Shown here piece after piece: positions 25,212 through 34,868 of a stretch of 64,000 bases of DNA (the first letter of the stretch is position 1; each line of letters begins with the position of its first letter). The DNA is taken from the IMG/VR virus record IMGVR_UViG_3300042898_004347, positions 64,001-128,000 of that record, one strand, 5' to 3'. The translations under genes and the position numbers were made by a program. The DNA comes from a virus. Below the pieces are notes generated by a model that ran no database searches, was not told the origin of the DNA, and saw only the letters and a list, made by a program, of their open reading frames with translations.

Positions 25212-25831
25212 AGTCGTTCCTGGAGTTTTTAGCTGAGGCGGCTGAGCATGGCACTCTGCATTCATTTGACGTGGATGAAACGCTGTTTAAAACCAATGCA
25301 AAAGTTCACGTGATGCACGGACAGAAACACGTTGCATCTTTGAGTAATTCGGAATACAACACTCATAAATTATCTCCTGGTCACCACTACAATTTTAGCG
25401 AGTTTGAAGATTCTAAGAAATTTCATGATGAATCCCATCCAATCCACAAGATGTTGGCAAAAGTAAAAGCAATTCATAGTAACATTAAGAATTCGCCACA
25501 TCACAAAATTATCATTAATACGGCAAGAAGCGATATGAATGATAAAGAAACATATCTTGCTAAATTTAAAAAGCATGGTCTTCCCATGCACGACATTCAC
25601 GTTCACCGTGCGGGTAATGACAAGACTCCTGGTAGTGTTGCCCAAAAGAAAGCCCGTGTGATCGACCATCAGATTACTACTCACAAATTTAAAAACGTCC
25701 ACGTGTATGACGATAGCACTGAGAATTTAGATCACTCTTTGGCTCTAGGTGCAAAGCATCCGAATACAAAGATTCACGCATGGCACGTTCATCACGATGG
25801 AAGCGTTAAGGCATATCACGGAGCAAAATAA
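25208..25831 (+). CDS. HAD-superfamily phosphatase, His-rich
   Basis: FDVDET, TAR, KK, YDD motifs. Confidence 0.85.
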   Translation: MKSFLEFLAEAAEHGTLHSFDVDETLFKTNAKVHVMHGQKHVASLSNSEYNTHKLSPGHHYNFSEFEDSKKFHDESHPIHKMLAKVKAIHSNIKNSPHHKIIINTARSDMNDKETYLAKFKKHGLPMHDIHVHRAGNDKTPGSVAQKKARVIDHQITTHKFKNVHVYDDSTENLDHSLALGAKHPNTKIHAWHVHHDGSVKAYHGAK

Positions 25832-25833
25832 TC

Positions 25834-26454
25834 ATGAAATCGTTTAAACAATTTCTAAAAGAAGCAGCAGCCTCCGAATCGCATCACGTGTTGGCATTCG
25901 GACGTATGAATCCTATTACTAACGGACATGAAAACGTAGTGAACAAGGTCCACGAAATTGCAAAGAAGCATAATGCAGGACATACTGTTATTGTGTCCCA
26001 CTCGCAGGACACAAAGAAAAATCCTCTCACGGGCGCGCAGAAAGTAAAGCACGCCAAGCACGCCTTTCCAGGAACGAATATAATTTCATCCAGCAAAGAA
26101 AAGCCAACGATCCTTCACCATGCCGCAGATCTTTCTGACAAAGGCGTTCAGCATTTACACGTTATAATGGGATCAGATCGTGCAAAAGACACCCGCGCTT
26201 TACTTCATAAGTATAACGGAGTGTCTTCTTCGAGTGGCCATAAGGGTTACAAATTTAAATCAATTACCGTACATTCTGCAGGAGAACGTGATCCTGATGC
26301 GGAAGGAACTGCGGGCATTTCGGCTAGCAAGATGCGTGCACATGCAGCATCTGGAAATAAAAAAGCTTTCCATGCGGGTGCACCTTCAAAAATGACTGCT
26401 GCACATAAAGACGCCATGTATCATGACGTTCGTAAGGGAATGGGAATAAAGTAA
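25834..26454 (+). CDS. HxGH-fold nucleotidyltransferase (cytidylyltransferase-like), His-rich
   Basis: FGRMNPITNGH, KKNPL, MGSDR, SAGERDPD, ISASKMR. Confidence 0.88.
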   Translation: MKSFKQFLKEAAASESHHVLAFGRMNPITNGHENVVNKVHEIAKKHNAGHTVIVSHSQDTKKNPLTGAQKVKHAKHAFPGTNIISSSKEKPTILHHAADLSDKGVQHLHVIMGSDRAKDTRALLHKYNGVSSSSGHKGYKFKSITVHSAGERDPDAEGTAGISASKMRAHAASGNKKAFHAGAPSKMTAAHKDAMYHDVRKGMGIK

Positions 26455-26460
26455 CATCCG

Positions 26461-27729
26461 TTACTTTTTTAGTTTAAACCCAATCTTATTGCCGCCAGGA
26501 TTTGCGGCATTCGAGTGATATTCAAATATGAATTTACTCTCGGCAAATCCGCGAAGTTCGTATTCGGTACTACCCGGGGATAGGTAGATATAAAGCTGCT
26601 GGATATTATTTGAACTGACGACGTCTGTCAGGAATTTAGTATATTTTGGATTTTGATTTACTTCATCCACAAGTGCGTATGCCATTGGAGAAAGTATTGC
26701 GCCAGATTTCTTTTGGCTTGGCGACTTCCACATTTCGATTAATGTATTGACATTTGCGGCACGCTTAATTTTAGAATAGAGGTGTTGATCCAGAGCGGCA
26801 AAGGCTGCATTTCCGTCTTTAAAAACTTTTAACCATTCCTCAAGATCTGCTGCATTATATTGTGGTTTTCCAATAATGGTACCAACTCTACGATATAAAT
26901 CTGAATTGATTGCTTTGGCCGCCATGATAATTCCATCAGTACCGGAATTTTCCGTAATGGCTCCAATGAACTGATACATCAGTTTTTCATCACGATCATT
27001 GAAGTTTTTCCCCTGAATCATTGACCACACTGAAGAAATTGATGGGGCTGCACCGCCTCCAGCTTTAGCAGATACTGAAACCTTTAGTTTGTTCTTAAGT
27101 ACTCCGTAATAATCCACGAGCCGTTCATTGCTCTTTGACGGAAATTCAATGGCAATCACATCGGTATTCGTATAGTTATTTAAAAACCACCAAGCTCCAC
27201 TGATTTCTCCAAAGTCTTTTGCAATAATGGCAAGATCTTTATCGGAAATTTCTTTTGCGGCTTTTGGTGTAGAAAATTTAGACTTATCGCTATTTTCGGC
27301 TAGTTCCTTTAAGAACTCTTTAATATGTGGAGGTACTAAGTTATTTCTATCAATTGCCAGTCTAATTTCCTTTAGATAGTTAGACTTTAAAATAGTTTTT
27401 CCACCCAGGCCGAATCCATCCGGAGTAAGTGATTTGTTTGCGATCGTTTTAGCATTATCCGAACTGGTTTTACTTTTAACTCCAGGCTTCTGCAACATAT
27501 CAAATTTAACGCGGACTTTGCAAATTTTTCCACCAAATTTATAGATTACGCGCGGTTTTGGATCGTAAGTTTTAACCGATGGAACAGTTACTTCCTGACC
27601 TTGTTTAATGATACCAATCTCTTTTCCAGTTTTGTCATCGAATGCCTCAGCATCTTTCTTGATAACAGTCGAGACATCTCCTGCGAATTTGTAGTATTTT
27701 TCCCACGCTGATTTCCCGGTTGTTGCCAT
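26461..27729 (-). CDS. Hypothetical protein, possible PD-(D/E)XK fold
   Basis: KDFGE...LVDYY...VSAK pattern; AT-rich. Confidence 0.55.
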   Translation of the reverse strand: MATTGKSAWEKYYKFAGDVSTVIKKDAEAFDDKTGKEIGIIKQGQEVTVPSVKTYDPKPRVIYKFGGKICKVRVKFDMLQKPGVKSKTSSDNAKTIANKSLTPDGFGLGGKTILKSNYLKEIRLAIDRNNLVPPHIKEFLKELAENSDKSKFSTPKAAKEISDKDLAIIAKDFGEISGAWWFLNNYTNTDVIAIEFPSKSNERLVDYYGVLKNKLKVSVSAKAGGGAAPSISSVWSMIQGKNFNDRDEKLMYQFIGAITENSGTDGIIMAAKAINSDLYRRVGTIIGKPQYNAADLEEWLKVFKDGNAAFAALDQHLYSKIKRAANVNTLIEMWKSPSQKKSGAILSPMAYALVDEVNQNPKYTKFLTDVVSSNNIQQLYIYLSPGSTEYELRGFAESKFIFEYHSNAANPGGNKIGFKLKK

Positions 27730-27758
27730 ATGATCTATTTATCAGCCTCAAAAAAGTA

Positions 27759-28244
27759 TTAGATAATATAATCAGTGTCTCTGATGTACCACCGTTTCTT
27801 GCTATACCGCTTATTGTGCACAAACATTTCGTATAGGCCGGTTTCTCTGCCATAAGCTTCAATTTCCCAGGGTAACTCCCAATAATTACCTTTATCCGTA
27901 TGATAGGATTGACCTTTCCATTTTGTGATGTAACAGTTGCCCGTATCACACATCTCGCGTTTCACAAACTGTTTGACGTGGACACACTCATGGGCCAGAG
28001 CTCTGAGCAAGCCGTGCATATTCATGCTAGAATCGGCTGTGATGTTAAATTCTCTTGGCTTATTCCGGTCATCTTCCCAGATACAATCTGCTTTAAGGCT
28101 TTCCTTTTTAAATAGATCCTTCCGCAGTTTGATTAAAACCATTACGCTATGTCCAGGGATGAGGTCTTTTAAATAATAATGAGCCGCCTCATTCACTAAT
28201 TTCTTCTGCAGCTTCGATCCTCCTGATACGATAATCTCGTTCAT
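27759..28244 (-). CDS. HExxH metallopeptidase-like protein
   Basis: LAHECVHVKQ, PWEIEAYG. Confidence 0.85.
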   Translation of the reverse strand: MNEIIVSGGSKLQKKLVNEAAHYYLKDLIPGHSVMVLIKLRKDLFKKESLKADCIWEDDRNKPREFNITADSSMNMHGLLRALAHECVHVKQFVKREMCDTGNCYITKWKGQSYHTDKGNYWELPWEIEAYGRETGLYEMFVHNKRYSKKRWYIRDTDYII

Positions 28245-28246
28245 GT

Positions 28247-28762
28247 TTATGGTAGAGGCTGCCATTTAATGGGTTGAGTTGAATTGACGCGAAATACCGC
28301 ATAGGTTCTATCAAAGAATTCCCTAGCGTTTATTTTCTCTCGATAGAATTGACCGACAGAAACTGTATGCAGGATCATGTAATCGTCATCCGAGGCCATG
28401 ATCAGAATCGCTGCATGCGCAGTATCCTTATTTACTCCGGGTACCTTTGCCTTTAATTCATCCGGAACAAGACCCACCCAGAAATAAGGCATGCCATACT
28501 GAATGTTGCAGTCAAATACTTCGGGTCCCTTTACAACCACATAGATGCATTGAAGCTTATCGCTCGGCATCCGTTTGTTCCATGCCTGCGTAGAGTCGTA
28601 GAGGGTTGGAGGCGTATTCTTATCCGGTACCAATCTCTTCATCCATTCCGCATACGATATCTGCACACCCATAAGACCCGAAAGAGTCTGGTAGGTAAGC
28701 GGTACGCAGTCATTTGCCCGTAATGAGCCAATGATGAATAGAATGCAGAGAAGGAGTCTCAT
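28247..28762 (-). CDS. Secreted hypothetical protein, possibly C39-like peptidase
   Basis: Signal peptide, NDCVP and a later HAAIL. Confidence 0.5.
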   Translation of the reverse strand: MRLLLCILFIIGSLRANDCVPLTYQTLSGLMGVQISYAEWMKRLVPDKNTPPTLYDSTQAWNKRMPSDKLQCIYVVVKGPEVFDCNIQYGMPYFWVGLVPDELKAKVPGVNKDTAHAAILIMASDDDYMILHTVSVGQFYREKINAREFFDRTYAVFRVNSTQPIKWQPLP

Positions 28763-28947
28763 TTAGTTTTCTTTTTTTGTTCTGGCTTTGCGGTCCATAG
28801 AGAGTCACCTTTGTAGAGGAGGACCATGGCGGAACCAAACAGAGTCAGTCCCACCCATTTTTCATCAGACCTGCCCATAAGCCACATTGAGAGTAGGAAT
28901 AGACCAGCGGCAAATATATCAAATAGAATTGAATAGATTTTGTTCAT
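28759..28947 (-). CDS. Small 2-TM membrane protein
   Basis: Hydrophobic segments; overlapping start/stop. Confidence 0.55.
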   Translation of the reverse strand: MNKIYSILFDIFAAGLFLLSMWLMGRSDEKWVGLTLFGSAMVLLYKGDSLWTAKPEQKKKTK

Positions 28948-29114
28948 TTTTTTGCAGACATATAATTGATGACTGAGATGAGTAACCACAGAAACCAGCA
29001 CATGAGAACAAACTTAAACGCAATTACCGATATGGAGTAGAGAAGAGTCGCAATTGCAAGCGTACAGGCAAATGCAATTAAGCTCAGTGTTACAATTGAT
29101 AGGAAGTGGATCAT
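28944..29114 (-). CDS. Small hydrophobic membrane protein
   Basis: Hydrophobic ORF starting MIHF. Confidence 0.5.
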   Translation of the reverse strand: MIHFLSIVTLSLIAFACTLAIATLLYSISVIAFKFVLMCWFLWLLISVINYMSAKK

Positions 29115-29118
29115 AACA

Positions 29119-29382
29119 TTAGATTCCGTGTTCTTTACGCCAAAGACCAAACAGATCGTGCGAATCAAGTGGACCAGCACCAATGCGGTTGGGCATGCGC
29201 AGATTGATCCAGAGGCGAATATCCTCAGGGGCCATCATCTCATATGGCGAAAAGTCACACGAGACGATGGTACCGTTTTCGTGAACAAAATCATGCCAGA
29301 TTTTGCTGCAGTCCGTATCGTAATCCTCGTAGGGTTGATACGTCCAACCCATGTAGCTATAATTTTCAGTTGCGGTAATCAT
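29119..29382 (-). CDS. Hypothetical early protein
   Basis: ORF starting MITA in the early operon. Confidence 0.6.
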   Translation of the reverse strand: MITATENYSYMGWTYQPYEDYDTDCSKIWHDFVHENGTIVSCDFSPYEMMAPEDIRLWINLRMPNRIGAGPLDSHDLFGLWRKEHGI

Positions 29383-29383
29383 T

Positions 29384-29707
29384 TTAGTATTGTGTTTCGC
29401 TTGTGTAATTTGTTCCGAAGAGGCGAGTGCCGACTTCGGGTGGCATCCAGACACTTAGTTGGTTGAATTTAAGACTTTTTTTATAGTCCCAGATGGAACA
29501 TGGCACCTCACGGGCGCCTGCCATTGGAATGGCAGAAGGAACAGTGGCTTCAAATTGCCATTGAAACATCACCTTGCCGTCTCCGTCACCTACAGCAAAT
29601 GTAGCTGGAGGAAATCCAAGGATCTTAGTGACTTCATCGGCCGAGATATTGGATAGGATGCCAGTCCGATGCGATGAATAAAAGCCATGAGTTTGTTTGA
29701 TCTTCAT
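29384..29707 (-). CDS. Hypothetical early protein
   Basis: DGKV..QW...IWDYK motif. Confidence 0.65.
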   Translation of the reverse strand: MKIKQTHGFYSSHRTGILSNISADEVTKILGFPPATFAVGDGDGKVMFQWQFEATVPSAIPMAGAREVPCSIWDYKKSLKFNQLSVWMPPEVGTRLFGTNYTSETQY

Positions 29708-29710
29708 GTT

Positions 29711-29914
29711 TTATTCCTCGTTGGTGTTGATGAAGTTGTCAACGTTGTACTTCGTCATCTCAGAGACGACCGAAGCGGTCTCACGATCGCCGACCTGGAT
29801 AACTCCAAGGGCGAGAGCCTCGTGCTTAGCCTTGAGGGTTTTGCGAAGCTTCGCAATGACTGCAGCTTTGTTGACTTGGAATTTTCCGTTTGGGAGCTTC
29901 TTTGTTAATTTCAT
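29711..29914 (-). CDS. Hypothetical early protein
   Basis: First ORF after an early promoter. Confidence 0.65.
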   Translation of the reverse strand: MKLTKKLPNGKFQVNKAAVIAKLRKTLKAKHEALALGVIQVGDRETASVVSEMTKYNVDNFINTNEE

Positions 29915-29998
29915 AAGATAATAGTACTAAATTCTGGGTAAAAGTAAATAACTACGATTTGCCTAAGTGATTGATTACCAATAGGGGCTAAAAATACT

Positions 29999-30352
29999 TC
30001 AAGGTTTAGTGACAATCTGAGCGTATTCTTCACCGTTTTTGGATAGGATGTACTTTCCATCCACGAGGCGGGCTTCGTAGCTGGTCGTTGATACCTCCGA
30101 GCTAGATTCACCCTTTGGCTTGTTGAAAGAAGCAACCGATTGCTCCTTCGTCTGTTTCACCTTTACGAACTCAGTCGATGCACTGGCAGAACCTACGCGT
30201 TTGCCTTTTTTAGACCTGAAGGTCTTTTCAAGCAGCTCTAGCGAGCCAGCCTTTTCGATCCGTTTCGAAATGTAGTCCCAACCACGATAGGTAACCAGCT
30301 CGCCGGTCACGGTGCATTTCAAAGTAAGTTTATTAATTTGTGTGTTATTCAT
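29999..30352 (-). CDS. Hypothetical early protein
   Basis: ORF after an early promoter. Confidence 0.65.
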   Translation of the reverse strand: MNNTQINKLTLKCTVTGELVTYRGWDYISKRIEKAGSLELLEKTFRSKKGKRVGSASASTEFVKVKQTKEQSVASFNKPKGESSSEVSTTSYEARLVDGKYILSKNGEEYAQIVTKP

Positions 30353-30515
30353 TATGGTACAATCCTACATTAATTCCTAGAAAAGTAAATAACTACGATT
30401 TACCTAAGTCGTTGATTACCAACACGAGACGAAAATACTTTCAGAAACAATAAGTGGCTGGTCCCCAATAACTTAGGAAACCAGCCACCTATGAATGAAC
30501 GACCTATGTCGTAGT

Positions 30516-30800
30516 TTACTTGCTCAGCTGATAGAGCTTTGCCGCAGGACCGCGGGAACCCTTCGCCTTAGGAGCATCGCCAACGATCTTACCGTTGGTC
30601 TTGACGTACTCGTAGATGTACCAGTGGTCAGCACCAATCGCGGTGACAATCTCTTTCAGAGTGAAAGGATTGGCTGGGAATTGGAACTTGCTGACGAGCG
30701 AAACCGCTTCAGACTTCTTGACACCACGACGAGGAGTCGTGGAGGCAGTTGCGCTGGCGGTGACGGTGGTATTAGACGAGGCGGTGTTATTAACTTTCAT
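30516..30800 (-). CDS. Small basic winged-helix-like DNA-binding protein
   Basis: FTLKEI..., RGPAAKLY wing; followed by a hairpin at 30453-30488. Confidence 0.6.
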   Translation of the reverse strand: MKVNNTASSNTTVTASATASTTPRRGVKKSEAVSLVSKFQFPANPFTLKEIVTAIGADHWYIYEYVKTNGKIVGDAPKAKGSRGPAAKLYQLSK

Positions 30801-30955
30801 GATGTATTTTATTGTTGTTGATTTGAAGAGAAAGGCTAACCGTATTGGTCAGTCGTCTCAATCGATACTGATAACAATACTTAGTTCCTGCTTGGTGTAA
30901 ATAACAAAATGACCTATATGTGATCTAAAAAACTAAACCGTTGATCATCAACAAC

Positions 30956-31654
30956 TTAGGAAGTTTTGATTTCCGCAAATTCTGAGATCATTGGAAAGAT
31001 TGGAGCAAGGGCAAGAGCCATATTCTGCGCCAATTCCATATGTTCCTTCTGCGTCCCATTGCCCGAACGAACCTCGATGTAATGGATAAAGCTACGCAAC
31101 GTTCCAGAGACGTAAAGGCGCGAGACAGTATTACCCTCAGGTAGAATTGCGCGGGCTTGTTCCTTGGCAATACCGCGTTCCAATGCAGCTTTATAAGTTG
31201 TTGTTACTAAATCAATTACCTCTTGCTGTTTGTTTTCCCACCACAATTTTGTGGCGTCATCAGCAGTATTCAAGGAATTCTGACGATTCTTATCATCCTG
31301 AAGGCGAGCTTCACGCGTTACAAAGTCCAACTCTTTCACGGGATCCGCATAACGCTGGCTGAATTCTTGGAAAGAGAACGAGCGGTGCCGAAGAAGCTGA
31401 CGAGCAATATCCCGCGTCGTATTAACTTCTACGCAGGCAGACACCATCTCAAGTGGAGACCAATGCTTGTTGCGAATAAGGTAACGAATCAGTTTGTCCG
31501 AAGTCTCGGTATTGAACTGGTTCTTCGGATTCGAAACTCGTGCGCAAAATGCAATGAGATCCTGAAGGTCCATACTGAAATCTTCGATTCCAAGTGGTTT
31601 TAGGCCATCCGCCATCTTAGAGTGACTAATGAGTTTTACTTTTTTACTTATCAT
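30956..31654 (-). CDS. thyX: Flavin-dependent thymidylate synthase
   Basis: HWSPLE, RHRSFSFQEFSQRY. Confidence 0.96.
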   Translation of the reverse strand: MISKKVKLISHSKMADGLKPLGIEDFSMDLQDLIAFCARVSNPKNQFNTETSDKLIRYLIRNKHWSPLEMVSACVEVNTTRDIARQLLRHRSFSFQEFSQRYADPVKELDFVTREARLQDDKNRQNSLNTADDATKLWWENKQQEVIDLVTTTYKAALERGIAKEQARAILPEGNTVSRLYVSGTLRSFIHYIEVRSGNGTQKEHMELAQNMALALAPIFPMISEFAEIKTS

Positions 31655-32084
31655 GATTGATTTTATGAGTGAGATAGTACCCAAGCATTTTTACGTTTTT
31701 CTGAGTAAAGTTAAACTGATCGCTGTAAATGCCACCATTACGTTGGATGAACTCTTCCGAGAAACCTTCCTTGCGCATACGGTTAATCATACCCCTATTG
31801 AGGATATATGCGCTAGAGCTCTTTTTCCCAAAATTAGGGAATACCATTATGGTACCCAGATCGGAATTGATTCTGGCTTTTGCAGCAATAAATGTTTGAT
31901 CAGAATTGATCGCCGTATCAAAATCAATGGATACCTTAATGTCTTTATTTTGAAGTTGCGCAGAATGAATAATGTCGTGAGCAAACTCCAGAACACACGC
32001 ATTGACATGAACGTCAGTTTTATATTGAGAATAGTCTATTTCTGGTTTTTCTTTTTCGTTATCGTCGTCGTCGTCGGCAAGCAT
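31644..32084 (-). CDS. Hypothetical protein
   Basis: Packed ORF. Confidence 0.55.
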   Translation of the reverse strand: MLADDDDDNEKEKPEIDYSQYKTDVHVNACVLEFAHDIIHSAQLQNKDIKVSIDFDTAINSDQTFIAAKARINSDLGTIMVFPNFGKKSSSAYILNRGMINRMRKEGFSEEFIQRNGGIYSDQFNFTQKNVKMLGYYLTHKINHDK

Positions 32085-32088
32085 ATTA

Positions 32089-32772
32089 TTAGGTCCAGAG
32101 CTGTCTGCGGTTTTTAACTACCCATTCGCATACCTGAGTGTCGGCTTCTTCTAGTTTGGTTTCCAACTCGGTGACTTTATTATACTTTTCCATCTTATTC
32201 TGAGCAATATCGCTCATCATAAGAGGAACATCTTCCCACGCTTTTTCAATTTCATCCAGAATTTCTTGGCGACCCTTGGTGGCATAAACATGACACTCTT
32301 TTAATTGAGCCGCGAAGATTTTAACTGTCTCCGAATACTCGAATGTAATTTTGTCGAAGCACTTCTCGCGGTCGACATACTCGATGACACATTGCATGCA
32401 GAATTCCACAATGATGGAATCGAGGTCGCGGTACTGACGGATGAAGACCTTATCACGCATTTCTTTACGAGAACGTTTAATGTAAGGCTTTATCTTCCAT
32501 TTGATTCTTCTGACACTCGCTTCGATGTCCTGAAAGAAACCAATAACAGTATCACGGAAGAAGTATTGTACCGGATACTCCTTTTTAACGTACTCGTCAA
32601 ATTTTGTCCACTCGCCTATAAGATCAGCTCCAGCGCGGAGTGCGTAGGGTTTGATGTAAAGAGGGAATGGCCAATACCATACAACCAGCTCTCTGGATTT
32701 AAGAGGCATTGCTTTGTATTCGTCGAGAGTGCTCACCACGACGCAGTGTTTGTAGGGATTGTCGTTAAACAT
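32089..32772 (-). CDS. Hypothetical protein
   Basis: Packed ORF. Confidence 0.65.
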   Translation of the reverse strand: MFNDNPYKHCVVVSTLDEYKAMPLKSRELVVWYWPFPLYIKPYALRAGADLIGEWTKFDEYVKKEYPVQYFFRDTVIGFFQDIEASVRRIKWKIKPYIKRSRKEMRDKVFIRQYRDLDSIIVEFCMQCVIEYVDREKCFDKITFEYSETVKIFAAQLKECHVYATKGRQEILDEIEKAWEDVPLMMSDIAQNKMEKYNKVTELETKLEEADTQVCEWVVKNRRQLWT

Positions 32773-33481
32773 AATGAATTAAAGTTGTATTCTTTGTAGC
32801 AGCATCGATGTTAAAGGCAATTGGTTTGTTAATTGCAAAATATCCTTCATTGCAGATTGATGCATTAATATACGTGGTCTCACCAAGGATTGCGTGGCCA
32901 TAACCGGAATGGACATGCCCACATACGTGAACCTTTGGTTCAATCCGACGAATCTTCTTTGCAAGATCATTATCTCCAACCGATACCCAGGGTCCATTCG
33001 GATCTGTAAAATTTGGGCATTTATCCAATAGTCCATATGCTGGACCATGAGTAATAAGAACATCAGTTCCTTCAGGAATTAATTCCCAGTGTTGTCGCAG
33101 CGGAGTTCCGCGTGGGAGGTTAAACGCCCAATTGAAGAACTCTGGTTGCTGTGGAGAACCCCAGAACTTAATGCCTTCAATTTCACAACCAGAATTCCAT
33201 AGATAATGGAATCCATCAGACACTGGAAGAATTGCTTTAATGGCCGACTCGGAGCTTGGCTGATCTGTATGATCAGGATCCATGAAGAGATCATGATTTC
33301 CAGCAATGATAATCCGATGCTTATACGGAAGCGCATTAAACCAACCCAACGCTCTCATACATTCTTCCATGGATCCACGATTACAAAAATCGCCAGCATG
33401 GATAATGCCGTCAGCCTCGGGTAAAGTATGGGCCATGGACCGATGAAGTCCATGGGTGTCCGATATGCAAATAAACTTCAT
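32765..33481 (-). CDS. Metallophosphoesterase (MPPED-like)
   Basis: SDTH, HAGD, GNHD, THGP, GHVH. Confidence 0.93.
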   Translation of the reverse strand: MKFICISDTHGLHRSMAHTLPEADGIIHAGDFCNRGSMEECMRALGWFNALPYKHRIIIAGNHDLFMDPDHTDQPSSESAIKAILPVSDGFHYLWNSGCEIEGIKFWGSPQQPEFFNWAFNLPRGTPLRQHWELIPEGTDVLITHGPAYGLLDKCPNFTDPNGPWVSVGDNDLAKKIRRIEPKVHVCGHVHSGYGHAILGETTYINASICNEGYFAINKPIAFNIDAATKNTTLIHYV

Positions 33482-33523
33482 TCTACTATCCTATCAAATT
33501 GTGAGTGAATGTAAACAGTAAAA

Positions 33524-33712
33524 TTACTTTTTGTTGACGGTAATTTTTGCGGCAAATAAACTAGACAAAACTACTGTTGCTGTCCAGGTTTCTAGTGTGA
33601 ATGGAATGGCAAACTTAAACAGCGTATTCATCGACCAAATGACAGCAATTGGATAGAATATAAAAAGGCCAATTACAAAAACAATTGCAAGAGCTATGAC
33701 GAATTCTTTCAT
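33524..33712 (-). CDS. Small membrane protein
   Basis: IWSMNTLF..IPFT.ETW pattern. Confidence 0.6.
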   Translation of the reverse strand: MKEFVIALAIVFVIGLFIFYPIAVIWSMNTLFKFAIPFTLETWTATVVLSSLFAAKITVNKK

Positions 33713-33713
33713 A

Positions 33714-34001
33714 TTAGGCGGTGGCCTCAGTCGTTGCAGCTTCTTCAACCTTTGGTGCAGACTGGCGACGATCTGAATCGGCACCATACGGAATACAGAA
33801 CCAACGGATGGTTCCACGATCCGGAATCATGGAAAGAAGTTTAGCGTGAGCTTCTTTTTCCTTCTGCGTAGCAGTGGATTTAAGTTGCTTTGGCTTTCCA
33901 GGAATCTTATTTAGATTCCGCAAAGACTTAATTGCTTCGGTAAACTTTTTCAGCTTACGGCGAAACGCAGGGGAGCTAGTTTTTTTATCGTAGTCGTTCA
34001 T
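33714..34001 (-). CDS. Hypothetical basic protein
   Basis: Packed ORF. Confidence 0.55.
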   Translation of the reverse strand: MNDYDKKTSSPAFRRKLKKFTEAIKSLRNLNKIPGKPKQLKSTATQKEKEAHAKLLSMIPDRGTIRWFCIPYGADSDRRQSAPKVEEAATTEATA

Positions 34002-34576
34002 GGGAGTTTATAGGAAATTGTATGAAGAAAGGAACCTGTTTTGTAAAGGATAGTGGATAATTTACGGCGAACCCAGCGGTAGGGCGATGTGTGGAAAATG
34101 AAGCGGTTGTACCAACGAGAATTCTCATATTCTCGGTCTGCATGCCATTTGCGTTCTTGCTCTTTTCTGTCGGCACTTGGCACTTTTTTAAACTCAAAAA
34201 GTTCCGTAGAATCGACCTTACCGTCAATGAGTACAACTTTGAATTCAATGGTGCAATCCCAAAGACCAAGCACGTCATGACGGTAGTCATACATGTAAAT
34301 AGTTTCAGTGATTTTTTGAAGTTCAAGATATCGATCCGTGCGTTCAAGGGAACCCATACGGTCCATAAAACTCTTGCCTTTTGGGTCACCCTCGACCCAT
34401 TTCTCGCTCTTGTATTTTTCTAGAAAGAAATTACCGTCTTGAACAACATAGTTGGCCAGGCAGCAGTCAAGGTCTTTGGTCTGAAAGGACCAGTTGTTTT
34501 TATCGAGACCAAACTCCTTCATCTCTTCCGAGAAAGGTAGATTGTCGCCCCATTGAATTGTATCGAACATTCCCAT
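33998..34576 (-). CDS. Conserved phage hypothetical protein
   Basis: MGMFD...FQTKDL motif. Confidence 0.7.
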   Translation of the reverse strand: MGMFDTIQWGDNLPFSEEMKEFGLDKNNWSFQTKDLDCCLANYVVQDGNFFLEKYKSEKWVEGDPKGKSFMDRMGSLERTDRYLELQKITETIYMYDYRHDVLGLWDCTIEFKVVLIDGKVDSTELFEFKKVPSADRKEQERKWHADREYENSRWYNRFIFHTSPYRWVRRKLSTILYKTGSFLHTISYKLP

Positions 34577-34627
34577 ATTGTAGTTCCTATCTTATACCGT
34601 TATTGCCTCATGTAAACAACAAAATGC

Positions 34628-34864
34628 CTACAATTTAAAATTAAGTTGCTCTCTAATTGCCTGCACGAAGACCCTACCAGCTTCGGAAGCCGATTCAAGA
34701 TCGGGAGCAATTACATTGCCATTTCGCTCAATTCTAAGTATTTCTTTGCCTCCCACGTTAAAGTCAAGAACGGAATCGGTAATCTGAGTGCCCACTGAAA
34801 GAGGGCTAAAGCTAATTAAATTGAAACTGGGTTCAATGTCTTTGAATTCTGTTTGTGTTTCCAT
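34628..34864 (-). CDS. Hypothetical protein
   Basis: ORF starting METQ after gp41. Confidence 0.5.
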   Translation of the reverse strand: METQTEFKDIEPSFNLISFSPLSVGTQITDSVLDFNVGGKEILRIERNGNVIAPDLESASEAGRVFVQAIREQLNFKL

Positions 34865-34868
34865 AGTA

